Part shown: piece by piece, positions 53,972-62,814 of the stretch
How positions within the stretch are numbered: position 1 is the stretch's first letter
How the letters are laid out: the number at the start of each line of letters is the position of its first letter
Origin: an uncultured Candidatus Saccharimonadales bacterium
Lineage (GTDB): Bacteria > Patescibacteriota > Saccharimonadia > UBA4664
NCBI GenBank assembly: GCA_964505035.1
Contig: CAZDGK010000001.1
Coordinates: 12,270 to 76,269 of the forward strand
Direction: 5' to 3'
DNA: 64,000 nucleotides
Program-made: the position numbers and the translations under genes
The notes under the pieces: model-generated
Database searches by the model: none
What the model saw: the letters and a program-made list of their open reading frames with translations, nothing else
Told to the model about the DNA's origin: nothing

Positions 53972-55830
53972 TACAGCTTGTACAGGTAGATAGAGTAGCC
54001 AATCTTAGCCACCGGCTGCATTGCCCGCAGGTAGCGGTAGCCCGGCAAGCCGTCGCGGTTGGAATAGTAGCGGTCATTCTCCAGGAATGTCTCCGACACC
54101 GCTATATACTGACCCGTGTACGGCCCATACTCACTATGCCAATCCTCATAGACCGCCGCACTGCAGTCATATCCCCCAGCCGTCGCCACTAGCCGGCCCT
54201 GCTTGTCGTATTGGCGCTTGCAGAAGTAATATTTGGGATCACCGCCGCCAAAGTAGTCTAGTGCCAAATGATCAATCTCCGGGTGCTCCGCCAGATAGGT
54301 CTTTAGCCGCTTCAGGTCCTGTCCCCAGTCCACGCTCGAGTCGCTAAAGTACTCGCCAGAATACGCCGCCCCGCCAATCAGTTCATTAAAGTACGCCGTA
54401 AACGCCGGGTACACCAGCACCGTGCTTGCTGTGTACCAGCCAAGCAGCAATGTCAGCAGCACAGCCGAGTGCGTCTGCCAGGGCGTCTTGGCCATCCGCC
54501 GGGCAATTTGCACCACTCCAATCGCCACCAGCACAAAGATCGGCACATAGATCGGCAAAATGTGCCGGATACCGAGATTGAGATTACCGGCCACCGAAAT
54601 ACCAAAGTAAAACACCGCGAACCCACCAAGCACCCACTCAGTAGTATGCTTGCGCGTCGACTCAAGCACCGGCTTCAGTAGCCGGAATGGCCGGCGACTC
54701 AGATACACCGCCAAGCCCGCACCCACCACCAATATCAGCAAAATCAGCAGCGCCACTTGCGTCTTCACCAGGAATAATTCCGGGAAATAGCCATGGAAGC
54801 TTTGATTGGTGACTTGGCCATTAAAGTACGTCGTGTTGCCGCCGCTCACCCGGCCAAACACCATCGTCAGACCCAGCAGATATTGCGCCAGCGACTTCAT
54901 CAGCGGCAGGCCGTTAATCGCGGTCAGGATATGCGCCATAGTCTGGCCCACCGAGCTGCCCATGAGCGAAGTGTTGATGAGCTTGTCCTGCACGCTTTCT
55001 GGCATATTCCAGGTGTGCGGGATGTAAAACAACCAAATCCAACCCAGACTAGCAACACTGGCCGCAATAAAGCCACCCACCCAATGCTTAAGCCTCGTCA
55101 CCCAGCTAGCTGGATCGCGCCACAGCACCACCATGCCAATCGTTAGCACACCTAGGAACGGGTAGAGCAGGAAGCCGCTAAACTTAGCCAGGTTGGCTCC
55201 GGCTAGCGCCAGCGATAGCCACAACACATTGCGGCCCGTCGGGCGCTTCACAAACTTCGCAAACGTCACGAGCGCCACAAAGGCGAATACACTCTCACCC
55301 AGGTCGGTCGTCACATAATGCGCGTGGGCAATGATATTGGGGCTCATCGTGTAAAACAGCAGCGTCAGCAGCGCCACTCCCAGGCCCCACTCCTTGCGCA
55401 CATACCAGAACAACCACGCACCAAACCCGATCGCCAGCAGCAGGATCGGCAGTCTGGCCCAGAACAAGATGGCGTCAGCGTTGTTGCCGATGTGATAAAT
55501 AAAGTTCCACCCCGACTCCCATTGGCCATTGGCATCTGTCGTCCAGGCCGGCTCATAGTCAGGGAACCTCAGGTGCATAAACTGCAATGGTAGCCCGGCC
55601 AGATCCTTGATCAGCGGCGGGTGCTCAGGGTTGAGCCGGTAGTCGCCGTAGTGCAGATACGAATAGCCAGCCGGAATATGGGCAATCTCATCCACGATCG
55701 CCGAATCACCCATCATCGCGCCCAGACCCAGGCCAAACATCGCGGCTAGCATCGCCGCCGCTAGCCACCACGCCCACCGGCGGCTCCACTCAGAAACGGG
55801 CGTTATGATACGATGGTACAAAGACTTCAC
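53968..55830 (-). CDS. GT39 / PMT-family (GT-C) membrane glycosyltransferase with a C-terminal extracytoplasmic domain.
   Basis: 'DEIAHIPAGYSYL' DE motif. Many TM helices. 620 aa. Confidence 0.75.
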   Translation of the reverse strand: MKSLYHRIITPVSEWSRRWAWWLAAAMLAAMFGLGLGAMMGDSAIVDEIAHIPAGYSYLHYGDYRLNPEHPPLIKDLAGLPLQFMHLRFPDYEPAWTTDANGQWESGWNFIYHIGNNADAILFWARLPILLLAIGFGAWLFWYVRKEWGLGVALLTLLFYTMSPNIIAHAHYVTTDLGESVFAFVALVTFAKFVKRPTGRNVLWLSLALAGANLAKFSGFLLYPFLGVLTIGMVVLWRDPASWVTRLKHWVGGFIAASVASLGWIWLFYIPHTWNMPESVQDKLINTSLMGSSVGQTMAHILTAINGLPLMKSLAQYLLGLTMVFGRVSGGNTTYFNGQVTNQSFHGYFPELFLVKTQVALLILLILVVGAGLAVYLSRRPFRLLKPVLESTRKHTTEWVLGGFAVFYFGISVAGNLNLGIRHILPIYVPIFVLVAIGVVQIARRMAKTPWQTHSAVLLTLLLGWYTASTVLVYPAFTAYFNELIGGAAYSGEYFSDSSVDWGQDLKRLKTYLAEHPEIDHLALDYFGGGDPKYYFCKRQYDKQGRLVATAGGYDCSAAVYEDWHSEYGPYTGQYIAVSETFLENDRYYSNRDGLPGYRYLRAMQPVAKIGYSIYLYKLY

Positions 55831-55881
55831 GCTAAGAGATTCCCTTTGAAGTTGCCCCTATTTTAGCATAAGGAGAATGAC

Positions 55882-56169
55882 ATGTTTGAGAAAGCCAAAA
55901 TGATGATGGAACTCAAGAAGATCCAGAGCGCTCTGGCCAAGGAGATTGTCGAGACCGAAGCCGGCAACGGCGCCGTCAAGGTGCGGATCAATGGCGAGCA
56001 AAAGATTCAGAAAATCACCCTCGATCCCGATCTCGTCGCCGACGCCGACCTGCCCAAGCTCGAGAAGTGGATCGAGTCGGCTGTAACCCAGGCCATCACC
56101 CGCAGCCAGCAAGCCGCCGCCGAGAAGATGAAGAGTGTTGCTGGCGGACTGGGTTTGCCCGGGCTGTAA
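55882..56169 (+). CDS. ybaB: Nucleoid-associated protein YbaB/EbfC.
   Basis: AAGGAGA RBS. 'MMMELKKIQSAL...AGNGAVKV'. Confidence 0.85.
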   Translation: MFEKAKMMMELKKIQSALAKEIVETEAGNGAVKVRINGEQKIQKITLDPDLVADADLPKLEKWIESAVTQAITRSQQAAAEKMKSVAGGLGLPGL

Positions 56170-56181
56170 CTCACAACCCCT

Positions 56182-56781
56182 ATGCGCATCGTCCCCACGG
56201 CCGTCGAACGGCTCATCGAAGAATTGGGCAAGCTGCCCGGTGTCGGCCCTCGCACCGCCGAACGCCTAGCCTTTCATTTGCTCAAAGCCGACGCCCACAA
56301 GGCCCAGAGTCTCGGCCTGGCGCTCGATAGCCTGCATGCTGCCGTCCGCTCCTGCCGCGTCTGCCACAACTTCGCTGAGGCCGATATCTGCGCCGTCTGC
56401 GACGACAGCGGCCGCGACCGCCGCACCATCGCGGTCGTGGAGGAGCCCTTCGACGTGGTCGCGATCGAGAAAACCGGCCTCTACCAAGGCCTCTACCACG
56501 TGCTCGGCGGCGTCATCTCACCCATGGACGGCGTCAGCCCAGCCGCCCTCGAGATTGCCAGCCTTATCCACCGGATCGAAAACGGCGAGATCGACGAAGT
56601 CATCCTGGCCACCAATCCATCCCTCGAGGGCGAGTCCACCGCCATGTACATCCGGGCCCAGCTCGAGCCACACGGCACCAAGCTCACCCGGCTGGCCCGC
56701 GGCCTACCGGTCGGTGGCGACCTCGAATACGCCGACCAAGTCACGCTTGGCCGCGCCCTCCAAGGTAGACAAGCCTTCTAA
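56182..56781 (+). CDS. recR: Recombination protein RecR.
   Basis: 'LPGVGPRTAERLAF' helix-hairpin-helix, 'CRVCHNF...CAVC' zinc finger and a Toprim domain. Confidence 0.95.
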   Translation: MRIVPTAVERLIEELGKLPGVGPRTAERLAFHLLKADAHKAQSLGLALDSLHAAVRSCRVCHNFAEADICAVCDDSGRDRRTIAVVEEPFDVVAIEKTGLYQGLYHVLGGVISPMDGVSPAALEIASLIHRIENGEIDEVILATNPSLEGESTAMYIRAQLEPHGTKLTRLARGLPVGGDLEYADQVTLGRALQGRQAF

Positions 56782-56836
56782 ACCGCTGATATTATAGGGC
56801 CTCATCCCATTCCTGCAAGCAAAGGATGAGCACCAA

Positions 56837-57331
56837 ATGTCAGACACCACCCGCACTGTTGTCCGCCAGAGTCAGGGCACAGTGTATCAGGAGATCCAAG
56901 ACGCCCTGGACGCCGTCTATCAAATGCGCACCCGGATTGACCTGCAAGGTCTCCACAGCACACTTGAGCAAACCGGCCGCCCCATCGAACAACTACTCGG
57001 TACCCATCCCTACAACATCGGTTCCGAGTACCGCCGGCGGCGCAACCGGCTGGCGAACTTGCTAGCCCAGCGCATGGCCCAGGGCTACATCGGCATCGCC
57101 AGCGAAGCCAACGGCGGCGCCTACAGCTACTTCAACCGCGGCCCCGCCCAAGAGCCCCGGCACCTCCTGGTGTACTTCAATCCCATCAGCGACGTCGCCT
57201 TCTGGCACCTGGGCGGACTCCTGCCCCAGCGGCCCCGGCTCAGCCCCGGCAATATCGGCCGCTTCGCCGAGGAACGGGATTGGGAGCGGTTGTTTCGGCA
57301 GCTGCCCAACATCCGCTTCCTGCCTCACTAG
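56837..57331 (+). CDS. Hypothetical protein.
   Basis: 164-aa ORF followed by a strong terminator. Confidence 0.5.
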   Translation: MSDTTRTVVRQSQGTVYQEIQDALDAVYQMRTRIDLQGLHSTLEQTGRPIEQLLGTHPYNIGSEYRRRRNRLANLLAQRMAQGYIGIASEANGGAYSYFNRGPAQEPRHLLVYFNPISDVAFWHLGGLLPQRPRLSPGNIGRFAEERDWERLFRQLPNIRFLPH

Positions 57332-57338
57332 CCGCCGC

Positions 57339-57380
57339 AGACCCACATTGGCCCATCGCCAATGTGGGTCTCTTTCGTTC
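57339..57380 (+). terminator. Rho-independent terminator.
   Basis: Perfect 13-bp inverted repeat AGACCCACATTGG-cccatcg-CCAATGTGGGTCT, followed by a T-rich run (CTTTCGTTC). Confidence 0.6.
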
Positions 57381-57407
57381 GCCGTCCAAAGCCGCTATCA
57401 TACCGGC

Positions 57408-58415
57408 ATGACCAACTCCGATACCAAAGCCATCGATCAACTCGGCAAACTCCTAGCCGATGCCAAAACCGTCCTTATTCTCCAGCCCGAGAAACCAGAC
57501 ACCGACTCACTCTGCAGTGCCCTGGCCCTCGAGCATCTCCTCGGTGACCTGGGCAAAACCGTGCACATGTACTGCCAGGACGAGATGCCACCGTACATCA
57601 ACTACTTCGAGGGCATCGATCGTATCACTGACGAGCTACCCAAGCAGTTTGACCTGACCATCCTGGTCGACACCGGCGGCGTTCAGCAGATCCAGCGCAC
57701 CCTCGAAAAGCACCAGGGCCGCCTAGCCTCCAAGCCGTTTGTGATCATCGACCACCACGCCGAGCGCACACCACTACCCTTTGCCACAGTCGACGTTATT
57801 GATTCCAAGGCAGCTGCCACCGGCGAGCTGCTCGTCAAACTAGCCAAGCAGCTAGGCTGGTCCATCAACGCCGAAGCCGCTGGCCTGATCGTCGCCGCTA
57901 TCATGTCCGACACGCTTGGTCTCACCACTCCCAGCACCCAAGCCGCCACCGTCCACACGGTCGCCGACATGGTTGATGCCGGCGCCAATCTCTATGCCAT
58001 CAACACCGCCCGCCTCGAAGCCGGAGCGCTCGAGCAAGACGTCTTCGCGCTCAAAGGCCGCCTACTCCAGCAAGTTGAGTTCCTGCTCGACGGCCGGCTG
58101 GCCCTGCTCACGGTCGACCCCGCCACGCTCAAAGAGTTTGCCAAGCGCTATGATCCATCAGCCCTCGTCGTCTACGACATGCAGCATGTGCGCGGTGTTG
58201 AGCTAGCCGTCGTCATCCGCGACTACCACCCCAAGATCAAGCTGTCATTGCGCGCCAATTCGCCGATCGCCGCCCCCGTCGCCGCCATCTTCGGCGGTGG
58301 TGGCCACCCCCAGGCCTCGGGCGCCACCATCGAGTCTGGTGACGCCGCCGACGTCCGCGCCAAGCTCATCGAAGCTACCAAAGCCCAGCTTGACGCCAAG
58401 GCCGCCGGTCAATAA
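57408..58415 (+). CDS. DHH-family phosphoesterase (NrnA-like nanoRNase / pAp phosphatase).
   Basis: 'TVLILQPEKPDTDSLCSALAL', 'ILVDTGG' and 'IIDHHAE'. Confidence 0.8.
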   Translation: MTNSDTKAIDQLGKLLADAKTVLILQPEKPDTDSLCSALALEHLLGDLGKTVHMYCQDEMPPYINYFEGIDRITDELPKQFDLTILVDTGGVQQIQRTLEKHQGRLASKPFVIIDHHAERTPLPFATVDVIDSKAAATGELLVKLAKQLGWSINAEAAGLIVAAIMSDTLGLTTPSTQAATVHTVADMVDAGANLYAINTARLEAGALEQDVFALKGRLLQQVEFLLDGRLALLTVDPATLKEFAKRYDPSALVVYDMQHVRGVELAVVIRDYHPKIKLSLRANSPIAAPVAAIFGGGGHPQASGATIESGDAADVRAKLIEATKAQLDAKAAGQ

Positions 58416-58488
58416 ACTCGTAGCCATGACCACTCGCACTCCCCACACCCTCTGCTGCCGCACCTGTACCTAGGTGAGGCTGGTTTTT

Positions 58489-58511
58489 GCATTCCAAATC
58501 TGGCCTCACCG
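58489..58511 (+). terminator. Rho-independent terminator, part of an overlapping two-hairpin arrangement.
   Basis: CTGGCC-tcac-CGGCCAG followed by TTTTTTG. An alternative upstream hairpin, GGTGAGGC...GCCTCACC, overlaps its 5' arm. Confidence 0.5.
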
Positions 58512-58555
58512 GCCAGTTTTTTGTTTGCACCAACCAACCCACAAGGACCCTCACC

Positions 58556-59149
58556 ATGAACATCGCTTTCTTCACCGCCCATCCCGACGACCACGAGATG
58601 ATGCTGGCCTACCAAACCCTGGAGCTCCAGTCCCGGCCCGACACCACCCTCTACGCCTACATCGCGACCAATGGCGAAGCCAGCACCCTAGGCCACCCCG
58701 CCTTCGTGCGTTCCGGCCAGCGCCGCCACGAATCAGCCGCCGGCCTAGCTGCCCTTGGCATTAGATCAGGCCACATCCACCACGCCGGCCTGCCAGACGG
58801 TCGTTTGACCGACGAAGCCACCTTTACCCAGCTCGGCGGCAGCATCAGGCATTTCATCGAACACCACCAAATCACTCAGGCCGTCACACTCGGAGCCAAT
58901 GGGGGAGATTACCACCCAGACCATATCGCGGTCCACCAAGCCGTCGCCGGCCAAAAGCTCCCCATTCTGGCCCTCAACGCCGCTCATACTGGCCAGCTTG
59001 CGATTACCCCGACTATCAGCCAGCGCCTAGCCAAGCTCACCGCCCTGTCGCATCACCGCAGCCAATTCCCCGAGCCGTCTCGCATTGGCCCGCCGTGGGA
59101 ACGCTTTTTAGCTGCCGAAACCTACGACCATATTCTAAATGCGCTATAG
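58556..59149 (+). CDS. LmbE / PIG-L family N-acetylglucosaminyl deacetylase.
   Basis: 'IAFFTAHPDDHEMM' is an AHPDDE-type zinc-binding motif. Confidence 0.8.
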   Translation: MNIAFFTAHPDDHEMMLAYQTLELQSRPDTTLYAYIATNGEASTLGHPAFVRSGQRRHESAAGLAALGIRSGHIHHAGLPDGRLTDEATFTQLGGSIRHFIEHHQITQAVTLGANGGDYHPDHIAVHQAVAGQKLPILALNAAHTGQLAITPTISQRLAKLTALSHHRSQFPEPSRIGPPWERFLAAETYDHILNAL

Positions 59150-59157
59150 TTAGTCAC

Positions 59158-59529
59158 ATGAAGCCGTCGCGCCGCCAGATTGTGATAGCCATTTGCGCTT
59201 CTCTAGTATTGCTAGTGTGCGGGTCGGTGGCCGCTTGGTACTGGCACGAGCAAAGCCTCGGCCCCGACACCTCCTTTTCTGGCCAAGGCTGCCAGTCCAA
59301 GCTCGTGCCCAGCGTCATTGTCGTCACCTACAAACCAGGCACCAGCGCCGCCCAGATAGAACCCATCCTCAAATCCGTCGGTACCATTACCGACAACCTG
59401 TCCGACATCCACACCTACGTCATCAAAGTCAAAACCGGCCAGGAAGACACCGCCATCGCCACGCTCAAGACCCATCCCGAAATTTCCACCGCTACTCGTG
59501 ACCAAACCGCCTGCCCTTTAAGCAAATAA
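59158..59529 (+). CDS. Small membrane-anchored or secreted protein with a peptidase-inhibitor-I9 (subtilisin-propeptide)-like domain.
   Basis: N-terminal hydrophobic anchor. 'VIVVTYKPGTSAAQIEPILKSVG...IHTYVIKV' resembles the I9 alpha/beta fold. Confidence 0.35.
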   Translation: MKPSRRQIVIAICASLVLLVCGSVAAWYWHEQSLGPDTSFSGQGCQSKLVPSVIVVTYKPGTSAAQIEPILKSVGTITDNLSDIHTYVIKVKTGQEDTAIATLKTHPEISTATRDQTACPLSK

Positions 59530-59547
59530 CCCGGATATACCTGCACC

Positions 59548-60948
59548 ATGCGTCTCCATAACACCCTCACCCGTCAAACCGAAGAGCTCAAACCCATTAA
59601 ACCAGGAGAGGTTAGCCTCTACACCTGTGGCTTTACCGTCTACGACTATGCCCATATTGGCAATGCCTTTGCCTATCTAGCCTGGGACAACTTGCGCCGT
59701 GCGCTGGAGCTAAGTGGCTACAAGGTTCGCCATGTCATGAACATTACCGACGTCGGCCACCTGGTATCTGATGCCGACGAGGGCGAGGACAAACTCGAAA
59801 AAGGCGCCAAGCGGGCCGGCAAAACCGTTTGGGACATCGCCGAGCATTACACCGAAGCCTTCAAACAAGACATGCTGGCACTCAACATCTTGCCGCCCAA
59901 CGCCTACACCGACCCCAAACGCCACGATCACTACGCCCGTGCCACCGACTTCATCCCCCAGCAAATCGAGCTCGTCCAGCGCCTATTTGACCATGGCTTT
60001 GTCTACCAAACTGAGCAAGCCATCTACTTTGACGTCACCAAGCTGCCCAGTTACGGCGAGCTGAGTGGCCAAAAATTGACCGACAAAGAAGTGGCGGTCC
60101 GCGACGAAGTAGTGTCCGACCCCAGCAAGCACCACCCGTACGACTTTGCCGTCTGGTTCTTCACCGTTGGCCACTACGCCGACCACACCATGCACTGGCC
60201 GTCGCCTTGGGGCGAAGGCTTCCCAGGCTGGCATCTGGAGTGCTCAGCCATTATCCATGCCACTCTAAACGACCCCATCGACATCCACACCGGCGGCATT
60301 GACCATATTGGCACCCACCACACCAATGAAATGGCCCAAACCGAAGCCGCTTTTGGCCACCGGCTGGCCAATAACTGGCTGCACAACAACTTCATGCTAG
60401 TCGACGGCGGCAAAATGAGTAAATCCAAGCAAAACTTTTACACGCTACGAGACCTCACCGACAAGGGCTTCAGCCCCTTGGCTTACCGGTTGCTACTCCT
60501 GCAATCGCACTACCGCACACCGCTCAACTTTACCTGGGAATCGCTCGAAGCCGCGCAAAACACCCTGCTCAATCTGCATGCCTGGGCCGACCAAACTCAC
60601 CAAGGCGAGTCCGGCGGCCTCCCGGCCGGATGGGACCAGCCAGTCATTACCGCCCTGGCCAACGATCTTGACACCGCCACCGGACTAGCCCATGTGTTCG
60701 AGCTAAGTAGCCAGCACACGCCTACCCAAGCCGACCTCAAGCAGCTCGATAATATCTTTGGTCTCAGCCTAGCCAACCGGTCCGATATCACCGCCGCCCA
60801 AAAGCGGCTGATCGCCGACCGTGAGGCCGCCCGGGTCGCCAAAGATTGGGCCAAATCCGACGCCCTCCGTGACACCCTCCGCCAGGAGCATCAGCTCGAC
60901 ATCGACGACACCCCGGCCGGCCCGCGCTGGCGCCGCACCGCCATCTAG
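59548..60948 (+). CDS. cysS: Cysteine--tRNA ligase.
   Basis: 'HIGN' and 'KMSKS' motifs. The C-terminal helical domain 'REAARVAKDWAKSDALRDTLRQEHQLDIDDTPAGPRWRR' is typical of CysRS and absent from MshC. Confidence 0.95.
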   Translation: MRLHNTLTRQTEELKPIKPGEVSLYTCGFTVYDYAHIGNAFAYLAWDNLRRALELSGYKVRHVMNITDVGHLVSDADEGEDKLEKGAKRAGKTVWDIAEHYTEAFKQDMLALNILPPNAYTDPKRHDHYARATDFIPQQIELVQRLFDHGFVYQTEQAIYFDVTKLPSYGELSGQKLTDKEVAVRDEVVSDPSKHHPYDFAVWFFTVGHYADHTMHWPSPWGEGFPGWHLECSAIIHATLNDPIDIHTGGIDHIGTHHTNEMAQTEAAFGHRLANNWLHNNFMLVDGGKMSKSKQNFYTLRDLTDKGFSPLAYRLLLLQSHYRTPLNFTWESLEAAQNTLLNLHAWADQTHQGESGGLPAGWDQPVITALANDLDTATGLAHVFELSSQHTPTQADLKQLDNIFGLSLANRSDITAAQKRLIADREAARVAKDWAKSDALRDTLRQEHQLDIDDTPAGPRWRRTAI

Positions 60949-60960
60949 CCGGACAGAAAG

Positions 60961-61003
60961 AGCCCTCAGCGCGACCATCACATGGTCACACTGAGGGCTT
61001 TTG
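60961..61003. terminator. Nested, bidirectional intrinsic terminator between convergent genes.
   Basis: AGCCCTCAG-cgc-GACCAT-cac-ATGGTC-aca-CTGAGGGCT followed by TTTTG. It overlaps the 3' end of the minus-strand gene. Confidence 0.6.
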
Positions 61004-61291
61004 CATCAACGGCTCGAGGAGCCGCTTCAGGTCGCGGACAGTCCGCAGCGGCCGATGACGGTACCAGGTAGACAACCACTGCACATAGTCCACGATGTCG
61101 CCAGTGGCGCCGCAGCCTAGGCACAGGTAGCGCCCGTCCGGCCACAGCCGGCACGACGGCGTTAGCTCATCGTGGACGGGGCACATGACGTACTTGCCAT
61201 GCCGGGATTGCACGCCCAGCGCCGCCAGCACATCCGCCCAAGCCACCGTCTGGCGAACTCGCGCGCAATATCGCTTGTTAACCTTTAGCAC
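60986..61291 (-). CDS. Stand-alone primase-type CHC2 zinc-finger protein (101 aa).
   Basis: 'CPVHDELTPSCRLWPDGRYLCLGCGATGDIVDYV' is a CxH...CxxC DnaG-type zinc finger, with no downstream primase domains. Confidence 0.6.
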   Translation of the reverse strand: MLKVNKRYCARVRQTVAWADVLAALGVQSRHGKYVMCPVHDELTPSCRLWPDGRYLCLGCGATGDIVDYVQWLSTWYRHRPLRTVRDLKRLLEPLMQKPSV

Positions 61292-61518
61292 GTTTCACCT
61301 CGCTTTGGTGAATCGTTGGCTGGTCCCGGTGCGGTCTTGCTGCCCGCGCCCGCACCGGATCGACTCAAGGCCTGCCTCGCGGATCGGTATTGACCTCGGT
61401 CCCACTGCAAGGCTCCAGTCACCGCCGTAGCGGCTCAGCGTCGCCTTGCCGAGCATTATGGCACACATTCAGATACAAATTCACCCCCGGACGCGAATAC
61501 GCATCCGGGGGCAGGGAA

Positions 61519-62715
61519 TTAGCCGACCAGCAACTGGTCCCACCGCAGGTATTCACCCGGCGGGATCGAAGCCTGCAGCAGCTCCGGGTTCAGCTCCATC
61601 AGCTGGTGCAAGAACTCCGTCGCCACCGCGGTGCTCAGGTCTTGGCCCGGACACCGCCGGCTGCCACGACCAAACGTGAACCACGGCTTGCCGGGCAATG
61701 GCCGGCGGCCGGGCCGGAACACGTCGGGGTCCTGGCCGATCCAGAGCGGATCGCGATTGGCACTGGTCCAGCAGGCGTACACGAACATGTACGGCAGCAG
61801 GGGCCGGCCGGCTAGCCACATCGGCCAGCGCACCCGGTGCGGTCTGCCCAGGCCCGATCCGTAGAACCGGCCGGACTCAGAGTAGATCGCAAAGCCCTCA
61901 CGAAACCAGTTGGGGCCCAGCAGTTTGACACGCCAGGCGTCGTACTCAGCCGGATCCAAATGGGTCCGCATCAGCGCATACGCCATCGCAATAGCAAACG
62001 ACGATGTCTGCGTACCGGACAGGAACAGGAAGAACAACATTCCGAGCTTCTGGATATCCACCAGACGCTCCGACCGCAGCAAGCGGTCGACCGGCATGTC
62101 CAGTGCCACACTCAACCGAGTCTCGATGTAGTCCCAGAAGAACTGGTTCATGTCGAACTGCGGCTTGAGCAGGAGCGGCGGAGTCAGACTAAATTCGTCC
62201 AGCCACCGGAAGAACATGCGCATGTGCTCATCGCTCAGGAGGTATGGATCCTCAATGCCAAGCAACGTGCACATCACGAGGTATGTCACCTTGTCGGTTA
62301 CCCGCGCCAGGTTGAACACACCTGATTGCTCAGCCAAGCACTGCCGCACAATGTCGGCGATCTTTGGCTTGAGCCCCGTCGTGTTGATGGCCTCCGGAGA
62401 GACCATCTCGACCGCCAGGCCGCGCAGGAGATCCAGCTCCTCGCCCGGCCCCTTGGCCGACGGTCCGCGCATTACCAGGTGATCCTTGTCGATATTCGGC
62501 TTCTTGAAGCCGGGGATCGCCTCGCGCGTGACAGGCCGCAGCACTCGGTGCTCCGACCAGTCCATTACCCAGGCCACCTTCTTGGCGCTGTAGACGCACT
62601 CCATGGCCGTGGGACCCATCTTGACGTAATGTGACTTACGTCTCGGATCGAGCTTGCCTTCGTACGGCGCTGCCAGCGCCGCCCGCAGCTCATCCAGTGA
62701 TGCAGCTTGGATCAT
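61519..62715 (-). CDS. Cytochrome P450.
   Basis: Heme-binding loop 'FGRGSRRCPGQDL'. ATG at 62715 preceded by an AAGGGA RBS. The ORF's GTG start at 62787 lies inside the promoter -10 box. Confidence 0.85.
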   Translation of the reverse strand: MIQAASLDELRAALAAPYEGKLDPRRKSHYVKMGPTAMECVYSAKKVAWVMDWSEHRVLRPVTREAIPGFKKPNIDKDHLVMRGPSAKGPGEELDLLRGLAVEMVSPEAINTTGLKPKIADIVRQCLAEQSGVFNLARVTDKVTYLVMCTLLGIEDPYLLSDEHMRMFFRWLDEFSLTPPLLLKPQFDMNQFFWDYIETRLSVALDMPVDRLLRSERLVDIQKLGMLFFLFLSGTQTSSFAIAMAYALMRTHLDPAEYDAWRVKLLGPNWFREGFAIYSESGRFYGSGLGRPHRVRWPMWLAGRPLLPYMFVYACWTSANRDPLWIGQDPDVFRPGRRPLPGKPWFTFGRGSRRCPGQDLSTAVATEFLHQLMELNPELLQASIPPGEYLRWDQLLVG

Positions 62716-62785
62716 TACCGATCCCTTCAGCGGTTCGATGGGGTATTGCTTCCTACCGCACCAGATGGTGCCGCAAGACGCCTGC

Positions 62786-62814
62786 ACTATACCAGACGTC
62801 TTAGTAATTAGCTA
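62786..62814 (-). promoter_or_regulatory. Extended -10 promoter (TGGTATAGT) with a weak -35 (TAGCTA) for the P450 gene.
   Basis: Minus strand TAGCTA, 17-nt spacer, TATAGT with TGG upstream. It lies inside the 3' end of the PRTase-like gene. Confidence 0.4.

Noticed and set aside
59548-60948. Idea that the CysRS homologue next to the LmbE deacetylase is the mycothiol ligase MshC.
   Set aside because: The CysRS-specific C-terminal helical domain (…DTPAGPRWRR) is present, whereas MshC lacks it. KMSKS and HIGN motifs are intact, so it is called cysS.
62716-62787. ORF-track start at 62787 (GTG) for the P450 gene.
   Set aside because: The GTG lies inside the TATAGT -10 box. An ATG at 62715 with an AAGGGA RBS gives a normal P450 N-terminus.
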